Virus record (IMG/VR): IMGVR_UViG_3300017747_003026
Coordinates: 1 to 42,706 of that record
DNA from: a virus
Lineage: Duplodnaviria; Caudoviricetes
Reading direction: 5' to 3' (one strand)
DNA length: 42,706 nt
The notes beneath the pieces are model-generated. The model was not told where the DNA came from. It searched no databases and saw only the letters and a list, made by a program, of their open reading frames with translations. The stretch's first letter is position 1, and the number at the start of each line of letters is the position of its first letter. Below are positions 34,780 through 42,706 of the stretch, in pieces. Position numbers and translations under genes: made by a program.

Positions 34780-35142
34780 ATGACCGCACAAATGGGACAG
34801 AAGGACGACGCCGCCCGAGGGCGGGTCACGCGCTGGTTAGCCGCGTCTCAGATGACGCAAACCGCCCTGGCTGAACGGATTGGCCGTAACCAGGCGTGGA
34901 TGAGCCGCTATCTGGATGGCGAGTTCGATACCGACCTGGAAACCCTCGACCGGCTGGCGCAAGCCTTTGGGCATACCATCTTTGAACTCCTCGACACGTC
35001 GGCCGATGCTACAGAAGCAGAAGTGATAGAACGCTGGCGAGCCCTACGGCCATCTGGCCGGAAGATCGTCCTCGAAGTGCTGCGGGAGTGGACACCCACC
35101 GCCGCGCGCGGTCGTACTCGATCACGAACCGCCGGCAAATAG
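34780..35142 (+). CDS. CI-like XRE-family repressor (no S24 peptidase domain)
   Basis: MTQTALAERIGRNQAWMSRYL HTH and TLDRLAQAFG. Confidence 0.85.
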   Translation: MTAQMGQKDDAARGRVTRWLAASQMTQTALAERIGRNQAWMSRYLDGEFDTDLETLDRLAQAFGHTIFELLDTSADATEAEVIERWRALRPSGRKIVLEVLREWTPTAARGRTRSRTAGK

Positions 35143-35410
35143 AGCGGCCACGGGGGTGAAGGCCGCGATAGACGCAGAACACGCGATAATCGACCGGATC
35201 GAGCAATACACGACGCCGCCGAACGGGCTTCATCTGAGCCGCCTTTCGACCATAGGGAACGTCCGAGCGAATGCGCGTGGGGCGTCACATGCGTGACACA
35301 CAACGGGAGACACCGTTCTATCCTTGTTGAGCGGTAAGAGCAAGGCCGAAGCGTACCGAATCACCGTGACAGCCGAGGTCACTGCACAGATCGAGAATCG
35401 GAGCCCAGTC

Positions 35411-35983
35411 ATGCGCGCGCCACTAACGATCTTCGTACTCGCAACGTCGGTTTTGGTGGCGTGTGGTGGCGGCGCGTCTTCGTCGCCGACCGCGCCGACG
35501 GCCACGCCACCGCCAGTGGCGGTCACACCCCCGCCGACGACGCCACCGCCGCCGCCCGTGACACCCACGATCACCAACTTCGCCGGCACATGGCGCGGTA
35601 ATTACGTGATCGAACGCTGCAGCGGCCAAGGCACCATCGAAGACGTGCTGTGCAGCGCGCCGTCTGGATCTCGACCCGGGGGCATCTATCCCGTCGGGAC
35701 GGTGCTGCAGTTGGCGATTGCTCTCAACCAGTCCGGCACGACGGTCACCGGGACGATCGCCTTTGGCGAGGTCACCGGCCCCGTCACCGGGACCATCACG
35801 AACGACCGATTAGTCCTGCGCGGCCGCGCGACATCGACGGAGGGGTTGTCGCTGGACATCAGCGCATGGGACACGGGGATCGCGTCCGACCAGTTGACCG
35901 GCACCCTCACGTACAGCGCCGAGGTGCGGGGCTTCCCGGGGTTCGCCGCGGTCACGTCCAGACTGTCCGGCGTTCGACGGTAG
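35411..35983 (+). CDS. Lipoprotein (candidate superinfection exclusion/moron)
   Basis: Lipobox LVAC, Pro/Thr linker and an NFAGTWRG beta-barrel-like domain. Confidence 0.78.
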   Translation: MRAPLTIFVLATSVLVACGGGASSSPTAPTATPPPVAVTPPPTTPPPPPVTPTITNFAGTWRGNYVIERCSGQGTIEDVLCSAPSGSRPGGIYPVGTVLQLAIALNQSGTTVTGTIAFGEVTGPVTGTITNDRLVLRGRATSTEGLSLDISAWDTGIASDQLTGTLTYSAEVRGFPGFAAVTSRLSGVRR

Positions 35984-37096
35984 ATGGGCGTCTTCGTCCG
36001 ACGCGACAGCCCGTTCTATTACCTGCTCCTCGAGCGCGAGGGTCAGAAAGCGATCCGCCGCAAGACGAAGATCCTGCACACCGCCTCGTCACCCCAGCAG
36101 ACCAAAGAGAACAAGCGCCTGGCCCAGACCGCGTACCACCGCGCCATGACGGCGCTGGCTAAACGGGATCTGGACATCCCCGAAGGTTTCACGACCACGT
36201 TCCGCGCCTTTGCGGGCTGGTACCGTCTTCACCGGCTGCCCAAGGTGCGCGGGAAGGACCGCGAAGCCTACCTGCTGGTCCACCTGGAAGGCTTCTTCAA
36301 AGACCTCCCGATCCGCCTCATCACCCGCGCCCGTGTCGACGAATACGAAACGGCCCGACTCGCGCACGTCGGCGCCAGCACGGTCAACCGCGAAGTCGAT
36401 CTGCTCAAGACCTTGATGCGGATCGCCGCCGAGCATGGGGAAGCGCCCGCCGGCCTGATCGTGGGCAAGAAGCGCCTGCATAGCCCGAAGCGCGCCAAGG
36501 CCCGGATGCAACCCGAACAGGAAGCGGCCATCCTCCGCGTCATCACGTCCCCGCACGATCGCGCGTTGCTGATCATGGGGCTGGACACCCTCGCCCGCCG
36601 CGGTGACTTACTGGACTTCCAATGGGCACACGACCACGGCACGACCGCCGACATCGTGGACCCCAAGAACGGCGAACGGCTGAACGTCCCGATCTCGCCC
36701 CGGCTCCGTCAGGCGCTCGACGCCTGCACCAAGGATCCCAAGGGGTCGGACTACGTGTTCTGGCCCCGGCGTGTCGCCAAGAACCCCCGGGACTGGGGCG
36801 GCTCCATCCGGCTCATGCTCAAACGCGCCTGCCGGCTGGCCGGCGTGCCCTACGGCCGCAACCTCTCCGCCATCACGTTCCACGCGGCCACCAGGCGCAC
36901 CGGCGCCAGTCGCATGCTGGCGCGCGGGGCCTCGATCGAGACGGTGCGATCGATTGGCGGCTGGAAGGATTTACGCAGCGTACAAGGCTACGTGATGGCC
37001 GAGGATGACCACCGGCAAGAGGCCGTGACGCTGGTGTCTGGCGTCACGGGGCAATCCCGGCGTGAACGATTACGACGACAACTCCTGAAGGGGTAA
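35984..37096 (+). CDS. int: Tyrosine integrase
   Basis: STVNRE, TLARRGDL (R), PKN (K), FHAATRR, GGWKD and QGY; next to attP. Confidence 0.92.
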   Translation: MGVFVRRDSPFYYLLLEREGQKAIRRKTKILHTASSPQQTKENKRLAQTAYHRAMTALAKRDLDIPEGFTTTFRAFAGWYRLHRLPKVRGKDREAYLLVHLEGFFKDLPIRLITRARVDEYETARLAHVGASTVNREVDLLKTLMRIAAEHGEAPAGLIVGKKRLHSPKRAKARMQPEQEAAILRVITSPHDRALLIMGLDTLARRGDLLDFQWAHDHGTTADIVDPKNGERLNVPISPRLRQALDACTKDPKGSDYVFWPRRVAKNPRDWGGSIRLMLKRACRLAGVPYGRNLSAITFHAATRRTGASRMLARGASIETVRSIGGWKDLRSVQGYVMAEDDHRQEAVTLVSGVTGQSRRERLRRQLLKG

Positions 37097-37118
37097 GCAC
37101 TTGCGAGGTAGTGTCTCC

Positions 37119-37166
37119 GCGTTCGCAACGCTGAGGTCACGAGTTCGATCCTCGTGCCGTCCACCA
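37119..37166 (+). other. attP core: 3' half of tRNA-Ala(CGC)
   Basis: Anticodon loop TTCGCAA, variable loop AGGTC, T-arm ACGAG-TTCGATC-CTCGT, acceptor strand GCCGTCC-A-CCA with U70; no D-arm upstream. Confidence 0.88.
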
Positions 37167-37199
37167 TCTAAACAGGCCAGTTTCGGCCTGACTTCCAAC

Positions 37200-37973
37200 C
37201 TAGACAGGCGTTCCAGTCGGCCAGCACTCCCCGGGGGCTACCCCGGAACCGCCTGAAACTAATCCCGCCTCAATCACGCGCTCCGCTTCGGCCCAATCGG
37301 AAGGCGTATTCAGATCAAGGCTCTCGATCGGATCGGTCAGCATCGGCCAGATCCGATACCCGCTGATCGTGCCCGTTGCCCGGATCATATCGGTTCGGGC
37401 GATCTCGAGCGAAGCATTCTGGGCGTAGACCTCTGGCAACGATTGCGTCGGGCTGGAGTGCCATGGCGTCCCGTCCGGGTGCGTGCCGGCCAAGACCGGC
37501 TCCATCAGCCCCGACTTACCCATCCGCCACATCTTCGCCGGGTGCGGGTGCGTCACGCGCGTGACGGCCCGGATGGAATCAGCGCCAGAGGCCACCAGGG
37601 CGGCATACCCTCGGCGGATCGTGCTGGCCGTGCGGAAGGGTGAGGTGGGGCGGCAGATGGCCACGTAGGGCGTCTGGACCATCGGCAGGACGTCCAACAC
37701 CCACAGGATGTCGGGAGCGGTGTCCGTGGCGTGCGCGGCCTTGCGGGGATGCAGGAGGCACTTGAGCGCCGAGGCTAGACCGGCGGCGTTGTCATCATCC
37801 GTGGACACGATCACCTCGGCCACATTCGACGCCTTGGCCGCTTCGATCGACCATTGGATCAGCGGTTTCTCGCCGAGGCTGCGCGTGTTTTTGCCTGGCA
37901 GTCTCTTGGAGCCGGCGCGCGCAGGGATCAGGACCGTGAGATCCAGATCAGGCCGTAGTGGTTGGAAGGCCAC
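37200..37973 (-). CDS. neuA: CMP-nonulosonate synthetase (acylneuraminate cytidylyltransferase)
   Basis: IPARAGSKRLPGKN, VSTDD, PTSPFR, QSLPEVYAQNAS and SLDLNTPSDW. Confidence 0.92.
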   Translation of the reverse strand: MAFQPLRPDLDLTVLIPARAGSKRLPGKNTRSLGEKPLIQWSIEAAKASNVAEVIVSTDDDNAAGLASALKCLLHPRKAAHATDTAPDILWVLDVLPMVQTPYVAICRPTSPFRTASTIRRGYAALVASGADSIRAVTRVTHPHPAKMWRMGKSGLMEPVLAGTHPDGTPWHSSPTQSLPEVYAQNASLEIARTDMIRATGTISGYRIWPMLTDPIESLDLNTPSDWAEAERVIEAGLVSGGSGVAPGECWPTGTPV

Positions 37974-38349
37974 CTGTCTCCGGTTCGTTGTATTCGGCTT
38001 CGACCCGCACGCGATCATCAAAGACCGGCGTGCTGCCCTCGATGAACGTGCAATCGGTGATCGCTGTCACACGGTGCGGCGCGCCGGCCGGCACGTGGAC
38101 CGTCATCCCGGGTGACATCGGCAAGCGGGACAGCTGGCCGTCCCCGGCGTCGTAATCGACGTAGGCTTGCCCTTCCTGCAGGAAGAACGATTCGACCTTC
38201 TTGGCGTGATACTGCAACCCACCCGCGGCGCCGGCCTTCATGATCAAGAGCTTGACCAGGTAGTGCTCGGTCTGGGCAATGACGATTTCTCGGCCCCACG
38301 CGCGGGGATGCAGTTCACGCGGCGGAAAAAGGGTAATACTTGGCCTCAT
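37948..38349 (-). CDS. Cupin, mannose-6-phosphate isomerase-like
   Basis: WGRE, LQYHAKKVESF, VPAGAPHRV and EGSTP motifs. Confidence 0.8.
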   Translation of the reverse strand: MRPSITLFPPRELHPRAWGREIVIAQTEHYLVKLLIMKAGAAGGLQYHAKKVESFFLQEGQAYVDYDAGDGQLSRLPMSPGMTVHVPAGAPHRVTAITDCTFIEGSTPVFDDRVRVEAEYNEPETGGLPTTTA

Positions 38350-38807
38350 GCCACAATCCTTTCGGCGTGGTATCGCCTGCGTTGTGAAGCGGTTGCGCAC
38401 TCACGACACGATCGCCTTCCAACGCGGTCGATTCTCGTATTCTCGGCGTCGAATCTATGCCCGCGCGCGCAGTGAGTCGCCGCTCGCCGCCGTTCCGCAA
38501 CGCCAGCCCTGAGTGTGTTGACGCGGTGCGGCACAGGCTCTAGGTGAGCCGGATTCACGCACTGCTTGTTGCGGCACAGATGGTCCAACTCAAGACCATC
38601 AGGAATCGGCCCCACGGATAGCCAGTAGGACACGCGGTGCGCCAATAGCGATACATTCTTAGAGTAGGTAATGCGACCGTAGCCAGTGCTGAATCTGGTG
38701 CCGCCCCAAGTCCAGCAAGCCGTTGATTTCTGGACTCTAGACCAGAACTTGGCGCGAAACCGTTCAGGCCACTTCAGCTTGGCTAAGTCGATCGGAACTC
38801 GGGGCAT
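38346..38807 (-). CDS. HNH homing endonuclease
   Basis: FWSRV, CWTW, AHRVSY, LDHLCRNKQCVNPAHL and THCARGH...CREC. Confidence 0.92.
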   Translation of the reverse strand: MPRVPIDLAKLKWPERFRAKFWSRVQKSTACWTWGGTRFSTGYGRITYSKNVSLLAHRVSYWLSVGPIPDGLELDHLCRNKQCVNPAHLEPVPHRVNTLRAGVAERRRAATHCARGHRFDAENTRIDRVGRRSCRECATASQRRRYHAERIVA

Positions 38808-39726
38808 CTTTCTCACCTGTGATCTGGAGGGAACCATCGGGCAATTCGCGGCGGCGCATCTTGGCAATCGGGCCGACTTCCGAGGGGTAATACCGCTTCA
38901 CGCCGTCCCCTAGTGCGTCATGTGCCCGCTTCAAGTCGCGGCAGAGTTTCGTCAGGCCAGACGGTTCCAGGCTGAAGGCGTGATCCGTCCCCTTACTGGC
39001 CCGGTTCAGCGTGAAATGCTTCTCGATGATCCGCGCCCCCAAGGTGTAGGCCATGACCGCCATGGCGATCCCGGAGTCATGCCCAGACCAGCCGATCACG
39101 AACTCGGGGTACTCGTCCCTGAGCGTGGCGATGCACTTCAGGTTCAACTCCGCAAAGTCCCGAACGGGGTACGCCGCCGTGCAGTGCAGGATGGCCACGC
39201 GATCTGACCGGCGCCCCAACGTATTCACGGCGCGGGCGATGTCTCGGAGCGTGCCGCCACCCGTTGACAGAATAATCGGCACATCCAACCCCGCGACGTA
39301 AGCCAAGAGCGGCAAGTCCGTCAGCCCCCCGCTGGCAATCTTGATCGCGGGCATCCCGAGTTTGACGATGCGATCCGCGCTTACTTCATCAAAGGCCGTG
39401 GCAAAGCACGCGACCCGCGACTGTTCCGCCACCATGCCGCACGTCATCAACCCGGCGTCGGTGAGTTCGAGCGCGGCCCGGTGCTCGCCGTAGGTCTTGC
39501 CGTAACTATTCTCGTTCTCGTACGCCTGGTTCAGCAGCGCATCGCTGTAGAGCGTACGGTTGTCGCGGCATTGGAATTTCACCGCGTCGGCGCCGGTCGC
39601 TGCCGCGATTCGCACCATGTCGCAGGCGGTAGGCACGTCCCCGCCGTGATTGGAGCCGATCTCCGCGATCACGAAACACGGTGAGTCGTCCGAGATTAGA
39701 CGCTGGCCGATGCGGAGGCTTCGCAT
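38764..39726 (-). CDS. neuB: Nonulosonate (sialic acid-family) synthase lacking the C-terminal AFP/SAF domain
   Basis: IAEIGSNHGGD, AVKFQ, KIASG, ILSTGG, LHCTAAYP, GWSGH and IEKHFTL..GTDH. Confidence 0.93.
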   Translation of the reverse strand: MRSLRIGQRLISDDSPCFVIAEIGSNHGGDVPTACDMVRIAAATGADAVKFQCRDNRTLYSDALLNQAYENENSYGKTYGEHRAALELTDAGLMTCGMVAEQSRVACFATAFDEVSADRIVKLGMPAIKIASGGLTDLPLLAYVAGLDVPIILSTGGGTLRDIARAVNTLGRRSDRVAILHCTAAYPVRDFAELNLKCIATLRDEYPEFVIGWSGHDSGIAMAVMAYTLGARIIEKHFTLNRASKGTDHAFSLEPSGLTKLCRDLKRAHDALGDGVKRYYPSEVGPIAKMRRRELPDGSLQITGEKDAPSSDRLSQAEVA

Positions 39727-40535
39727 AGTGTCTCCATTTTCGAAATCAATCTTTCCCACGAATACCCAAGAGACACCGAGGGCCAGCGTTCGGTGAATTC
39801 CAGGTCGATCACGTCGTAGATCAAAGGCGACGGCGTCTCAAGATCGGGATTTGAGATCACCCGACACCCGTGTTCCAGAGCGGCGTGAACCGTAGTGTTA
39901 TTCGCCCGCAGACCCTTCTCAAAGAACGCCAACACGAACTCCGCGTTCGACAATTCTTCGGCCACGGCGTCATCAGACAAGCACCCGAGGATCGTCACCT
40001 TGTCGGCGCCCATGATCTCGCGCAGCGCATCGAAGTGCTTGGTGGCGTCGTCCAGGCTAGTGCCTTCGTGCAGGCCCACGGAGACACGCAGGCGGTAATC
40101 CAGGCCAGCCGCTTCCAGCAACTGGCGTACCTTCGCGTAGTGCGCCGTTTGCAGCTTGTGGGCCATGCCAAAGGAGAACAGGCGCACGGTGCGCGGCTTC
40201 GAAGGCGTCAGGAGTGACGGGCACCACAGACCGGGAGAGCCGAGAGAGGGATCGGCGTAGAAGACGACGGACGCGCCATCAATCACCTCTTGCGGGACGC
40301 CAGCATCATGCAAGAACAACCCGTAAGGCTGCTTTGAATCGAGATAGAAGAATGGGGCTGATTCATCCTCGCCAGCCAACTCGGACCACTTCAGTGACAG
40401 CAACGGGAACGCGCCGACGTCTCCATAGATGGGGCAGAACGGCACACCCAACCTCTTGGCGAGCTCGGCCGAAAATTTCGCCACTCCGCAGCCGTAAACG
40501 TTGGTGTGGAAGCTCGCTACACTAGTGAACTTCAT
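39696..40535 (-). CDS. GT-B (GT4-like) glycosyltransferase
   Basis: CGVAKFSAEL, LFSFG, ILGCLSD, TVHAALEHGCRVISN and YSWE. Confidence 0.68.
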   Translation of the reverse strand: MKFTSVASFHTNVYGCGVAKFSAELAKRLGVPFCPIYGDVGAFPLLSLKWSELAGEDESAPFFYLDSKQPYGLFLHDAGVPQEVIDGASVVFYADPSLGSPGLWCPSLLTPSKPRTVRLFSFGMAHKLQTAHYAKVRQLLEAAGLDYRLRVSVGLHEGTSLDDATKHFDALREIMGADKVTILGCLSDDAVAEELSNAEFVLAFFEKGLRANNTTVHAALEHGCRVISNPDLETPSPLIYDVIDLEFTERWPSVSLGYSWERLISKMETLCEASASASV

Positions 40536-41613
40536 AGCAGAGCACCCGCCCTTTGTTCTGGTGATCGAGCGCCGATTCCCAATCGCGCCGACGCTTGCCG
40601 CCATTCAGCACACACAGCGCACGCAGCATGGGCTGCGTCATCAGCGTCTGGTGGGTCGGGTCTACGTCCCTCTCGTCCGTCACGTCGAACACCGACCGCG
40701 GCGAGTGGTGAAACCGCGTCGTGATGTACACCGCCTTGCGCGCGACCCGGAACAACTCCGCCACCATCACGGCGACTTCGGCCACGGTCAGGTGCTCAAG
40801 GACTTCACGGCAGATAGCGACGTCCGCCACCTTAGACGGCGCATCGGTGACGTGGCAGCAGCAGATCCGATCCCGCGTGAGCCGCGACATCTCCACGGCT
40901 TCCTTTGACGGATCGATGCCACCGGCGTCCATCCCCAACTCGCGCAGCATTTGCACCAGGAACCCGGGGCCGCAGCCCACATCCAAGATGGACATCCCGC
41001 CGAACAGTTCCTTGAGGATCTTCGGGTGACGCCCTTCCGCCTTGCGGCGCGCGTCCAACGTGTAGGCCGGCGCCGTCGTGCGCCACTGGCCCTCGAAGTA
41101 CTCGCGGTCGTAGCGTTCGGGTGGGGTCACGGCTTGCGCGGCCATGTAGGCCTCCAGCGCGTCCAGTTGCCGATCCGCATCCCGCACCGACCAGTCCGCC
41201 AAGAGGCTGGAACTGGAGTCCATCGGCGTCTCGGTGTAGTGGATCGGAATCCCGAAGCGGGCGCACACGTCGATCTGCTCCGAGGGCAATCGGCCCGACC
41301 AGTCCGCCCCCTTGATGTAGGCCGTTGGTCGCAGCTGCTCCAATACAGCTTCGGTGGGACGATCCTTGATGTGGACACCGACGACATGCTCCAGGGCTTC
41401 CAGCACCGTGGCACGCTGTTCCACCGGCAGCAAGGGTTCACGGCCCTTGGCGCGAATGTCGTCATCTGAGGCAATCGAGACGAGGAGCGGGACGCCCGAG
41501 AACTGGTGGGCTGCGTTCAGGTAGGCGATGTGACCGGCGTGGAGCGGATCGAAGGATCCATCCACCAAGGCGAGATCCGAGAGGCGAGGGAGATCGTCGA
41601 ACGTGGCCCGCAC
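40522..41613 (-). CDS. Fusion of an HxGH nucleotidyltransferase (HldE/TagD-like) and a class I methyltransferase
   Basis: GSFDPLHAGH, KGADW and SSS, then LDVGCGPG and CREVLEH; start uncertain. Confidence 0.85.
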   Translation of the reverse strand: MRATFDDLPRLSDLALVDGSFDPLHAGHIAYLNAAHQFSGVPLLVSIASDDDIRAKGREPLLPVEQRATVLEALEHVVGVHIKDRPTEAVLEQLRPTAYIKGADWSGRLPSEQIDVCARFGIPIHYTETPMDSSSSLLADWSVRDADRQLDALEAYMAAQAVTPPERYDREYFEGQWRTTAPAYTLDARRKAEGRHPKILKELFGGMSILDVGCGPGFLVQMLRELGMDAGGIDPSKEAVEMSRLTRDRICCCHVTDAPSKVADVAICREVLEHLTVAEVAVMVAELFRVARKAVYITTRFHHSPRSVFDVTDERDVDPTHQTLMTQPMLRALCVLNGGKRRRDWESALDHQNKGRVLCYEVH

Positions 41614-41617
41614 CCCT

Positions 41618-41764
41618 TCATCGTGGTTCGGGTGCTGGACGTGCGTACGGAAACTTCCGCGCACAGCACGGACACAGGAACACGCCCGGCGCGACTTCTT
41701 CCGGGGCTTGCGTCGTGTCGCAGTAGGGACAGGCGGGCTTAGAACCGCTTGGAGACTTCGCCAC
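41618..41764 (-). CDS. Small zinc-ribbon protein
   Basis: CPYC...CPCC. Confidence 0.5.
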   Translation of the reverse strand: MAKSPSGSKPACPYCDTTQAPEEVAPGVFLCPCCARKFPYARPAPEPR

Positions 41765-41987
41765 CCGCCGCCACCTGTGGCTTCTTCGTGTGTGTCGAGA
41801 CGGGCAGATCATCCCACCACGCCCGCGCGTAGGCCGTCGCGCCCCAGCCGTTCGCCCACGACCGGTTGAACGTCACGCCGCCCTGCAGCTTCTTGCCGTC
41901 AAAGCTCCCGCCCACGGTGAATGATTGCGGCTTCTCGGCCTTCACCTGATCGATCGCGGCCTTGTGCGCTTGGTCGGTGAGGCTCAT
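41739..41987 (-). CDS. Small beta-strand protein ending in Phe
   Basis: Alternating amphipathic strands; ATGA-coupled to the holin. Confidence 0.6.
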   Translation of the reverse strand: MSLTDQAHKAAIDQVKAEKPQSFTVGGSFDGKKLQGGVTFNRSWANGWGATAYARAWWDDLPVSTHTKKPQVAAGGEVSKRF

Positions 41988-42193
41988 GGGACAAGGCCCG
42001 TGTCTGCAGCTTTCACGACCGCCTGTGACTGGCCGCGCTTCTGCCACCACGACCAGCCGAGCGTGCCGAGCGCGACCACTCCCAACACGATCTGGGTCGC
42101 CAGATCATCGCTGAGCACGACACCCTGCGCGGCCGCGACGGTAATCAGCCACCGCACCGCGGCACCCACCAACGCCGACACTAATGGATTCAT
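41984..42193 (-). CDS. Putative holin (2 transmembrane segments)
   Basis: 69 aa; VRWLITVAAA and IVLGVVALGTLGWSWWQK; ATGA-coupled. Confidence 0.7.
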   Translation of the reverse strand: MNPLVSALVGAAVRWLITVAAAQGVVLSDDLATQIVLGVVALGTLGWSWWQKRGQSQAVVKAADTGLVP

Positions 42194-42706
42194 GGTTGTA
42201 ACCCCAACGCCGCTCGCCATTCCGCCCGATGCTTCGCGATCGAGGCGTCGAGCGTCGGCACGACCTTCGCCAGCCAATCGTAAATGGTGCGCCCAAACCA
42301 CCGCCCCATTTCTGGATTCGGTGACTGGCCCGCTTCCGCGTAATCCGCAAACAGCGCCACCCCCACTGCATCGAACACCGGATCGCCTGGATAGGGCGGC
42401 GTGCTCGGTGGCGGGACTGGCGGCGGGGTGGGTGTCGGCGGCTGGCACCCCGGCACAGTCGGCGCGAAACTCGCCTCGGGTAGGAGGCCGAGCGTCAAGG
42501 GATTCACCAACGGCTGCACCGTGGGCAACCGGCCCTCAAGATGCTTGGAGAGTTTCCAGCCCGATGATCCGCCACTGATCAGGAAGTCTGCGAACGTCCG
42601 ATACTCCGGGCCGGTCTTCAGGAAGACAACAACTTCATCGGAGATCGGCCGCCCGGGATCGGCCCGCTTCATCGACAAGAGTGGTGAGCAGTACCGCTTC
42701 ACCGTC
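42190..42706 (-). CDS. 3' part of the origin-spanning secreted protein (Pro-rich linker)
   Basis: The frame is open through the terminal repeat into 1..293. Confidence 0.8.
   Translation of the reverse strand, partial: TVKRYCSPLLSMKRADPGRPISDEVVVFLKTGPEYRTFADFLISGGSSGWKLSKHLEGRLPTVQPLVNPLTLGLLPEASFAPTVPGCQPPTPTPPPVPPPSTPPYPGDPVFDAVGVALFADYAEAGQSPNPEMGRWFGRTIYDWLAKVVPTLDASIAKHRAEWRAALGLQP
42584..42706. repeat. Terminal direct repeat, right copy
   Basis: Identical to 1..123. Confidence 0.97.

Larger units (their letters stand above)
1..42706. mobile_element. Complete temperate phage genome (podovirus-like, P22-type gene order), circular assembly
   Basis: Terminase, portal, scaffold, major capsid, tail nozzle, ejection proteins, lysis genes, repressor/cro, integrase and attP are all present. 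No tape measure or sheath gene. The ends overlap by 123 bp. Confidence 0.93.

Noticed and set aside
35009-35303. Minus-strand ORFs between cI and the lipoprotein
   Set aside because: They overlap cI in antisense and show no clear motif; unsupported
37097-37166. Intact phage tRNA gene
   Set aside because: There is no 5' acceptor strand or D-arm; only the 3' half is present, as expected for attP
37200-41613. Sugar genes as a DNA hypermodification system
   Set aside because: No base hydroxymethylase, TET/JBP enzyme, nucleotide kinase or phage polymerase was recognised, and the genes are late; not formally excluded
1-42706. CRISPR array, DGR or retron
   Set aside because: No regularly spaced repeats, no reverse transcriptase and no TR/VR pair were noticed

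Overview
This window is a complete, circularly assembled genome (about 42,583 bp after removing a 123-bp terminal overlap) of a GC-rich temperate podovirus-like (P22-type architecture) phage. It has a cI/cro-like switch, a tyrosine integrase, and an attP carrying the 3' half of tRNA-Ala(CGC). One long minus-strand operon runs from early recombination/replication genes through terminase, portal, GroES, scaffold, capsid, tail and ejection proteins, lysis genes and on across the origin. Its most striking content is a phage-encoded nonulosonic (sialic-like) acid and glycosylation toolkit. A cluster at the end of the late operon holds NeuB, NeuA, a sugar-isomerase cupin, a GT-B enzyme and a nucleotidyltransferase-methyltransferase fusion. 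A Maf/GT29-fold transferase candidate, a GT9-like enzyme and a further methyltransferase sit inside the morphogenesis genes. Putative surface virion proteins are conspicuously enriched in the dipeptide Ser-Thr. Together this suggests the phage coats its own virion with a nonulosonic acid glycan (inference). The host is probably a Vicinamibacteria-type Acidobacterium (inference). All annotations come from reading motifs by eye; no database searches were run.
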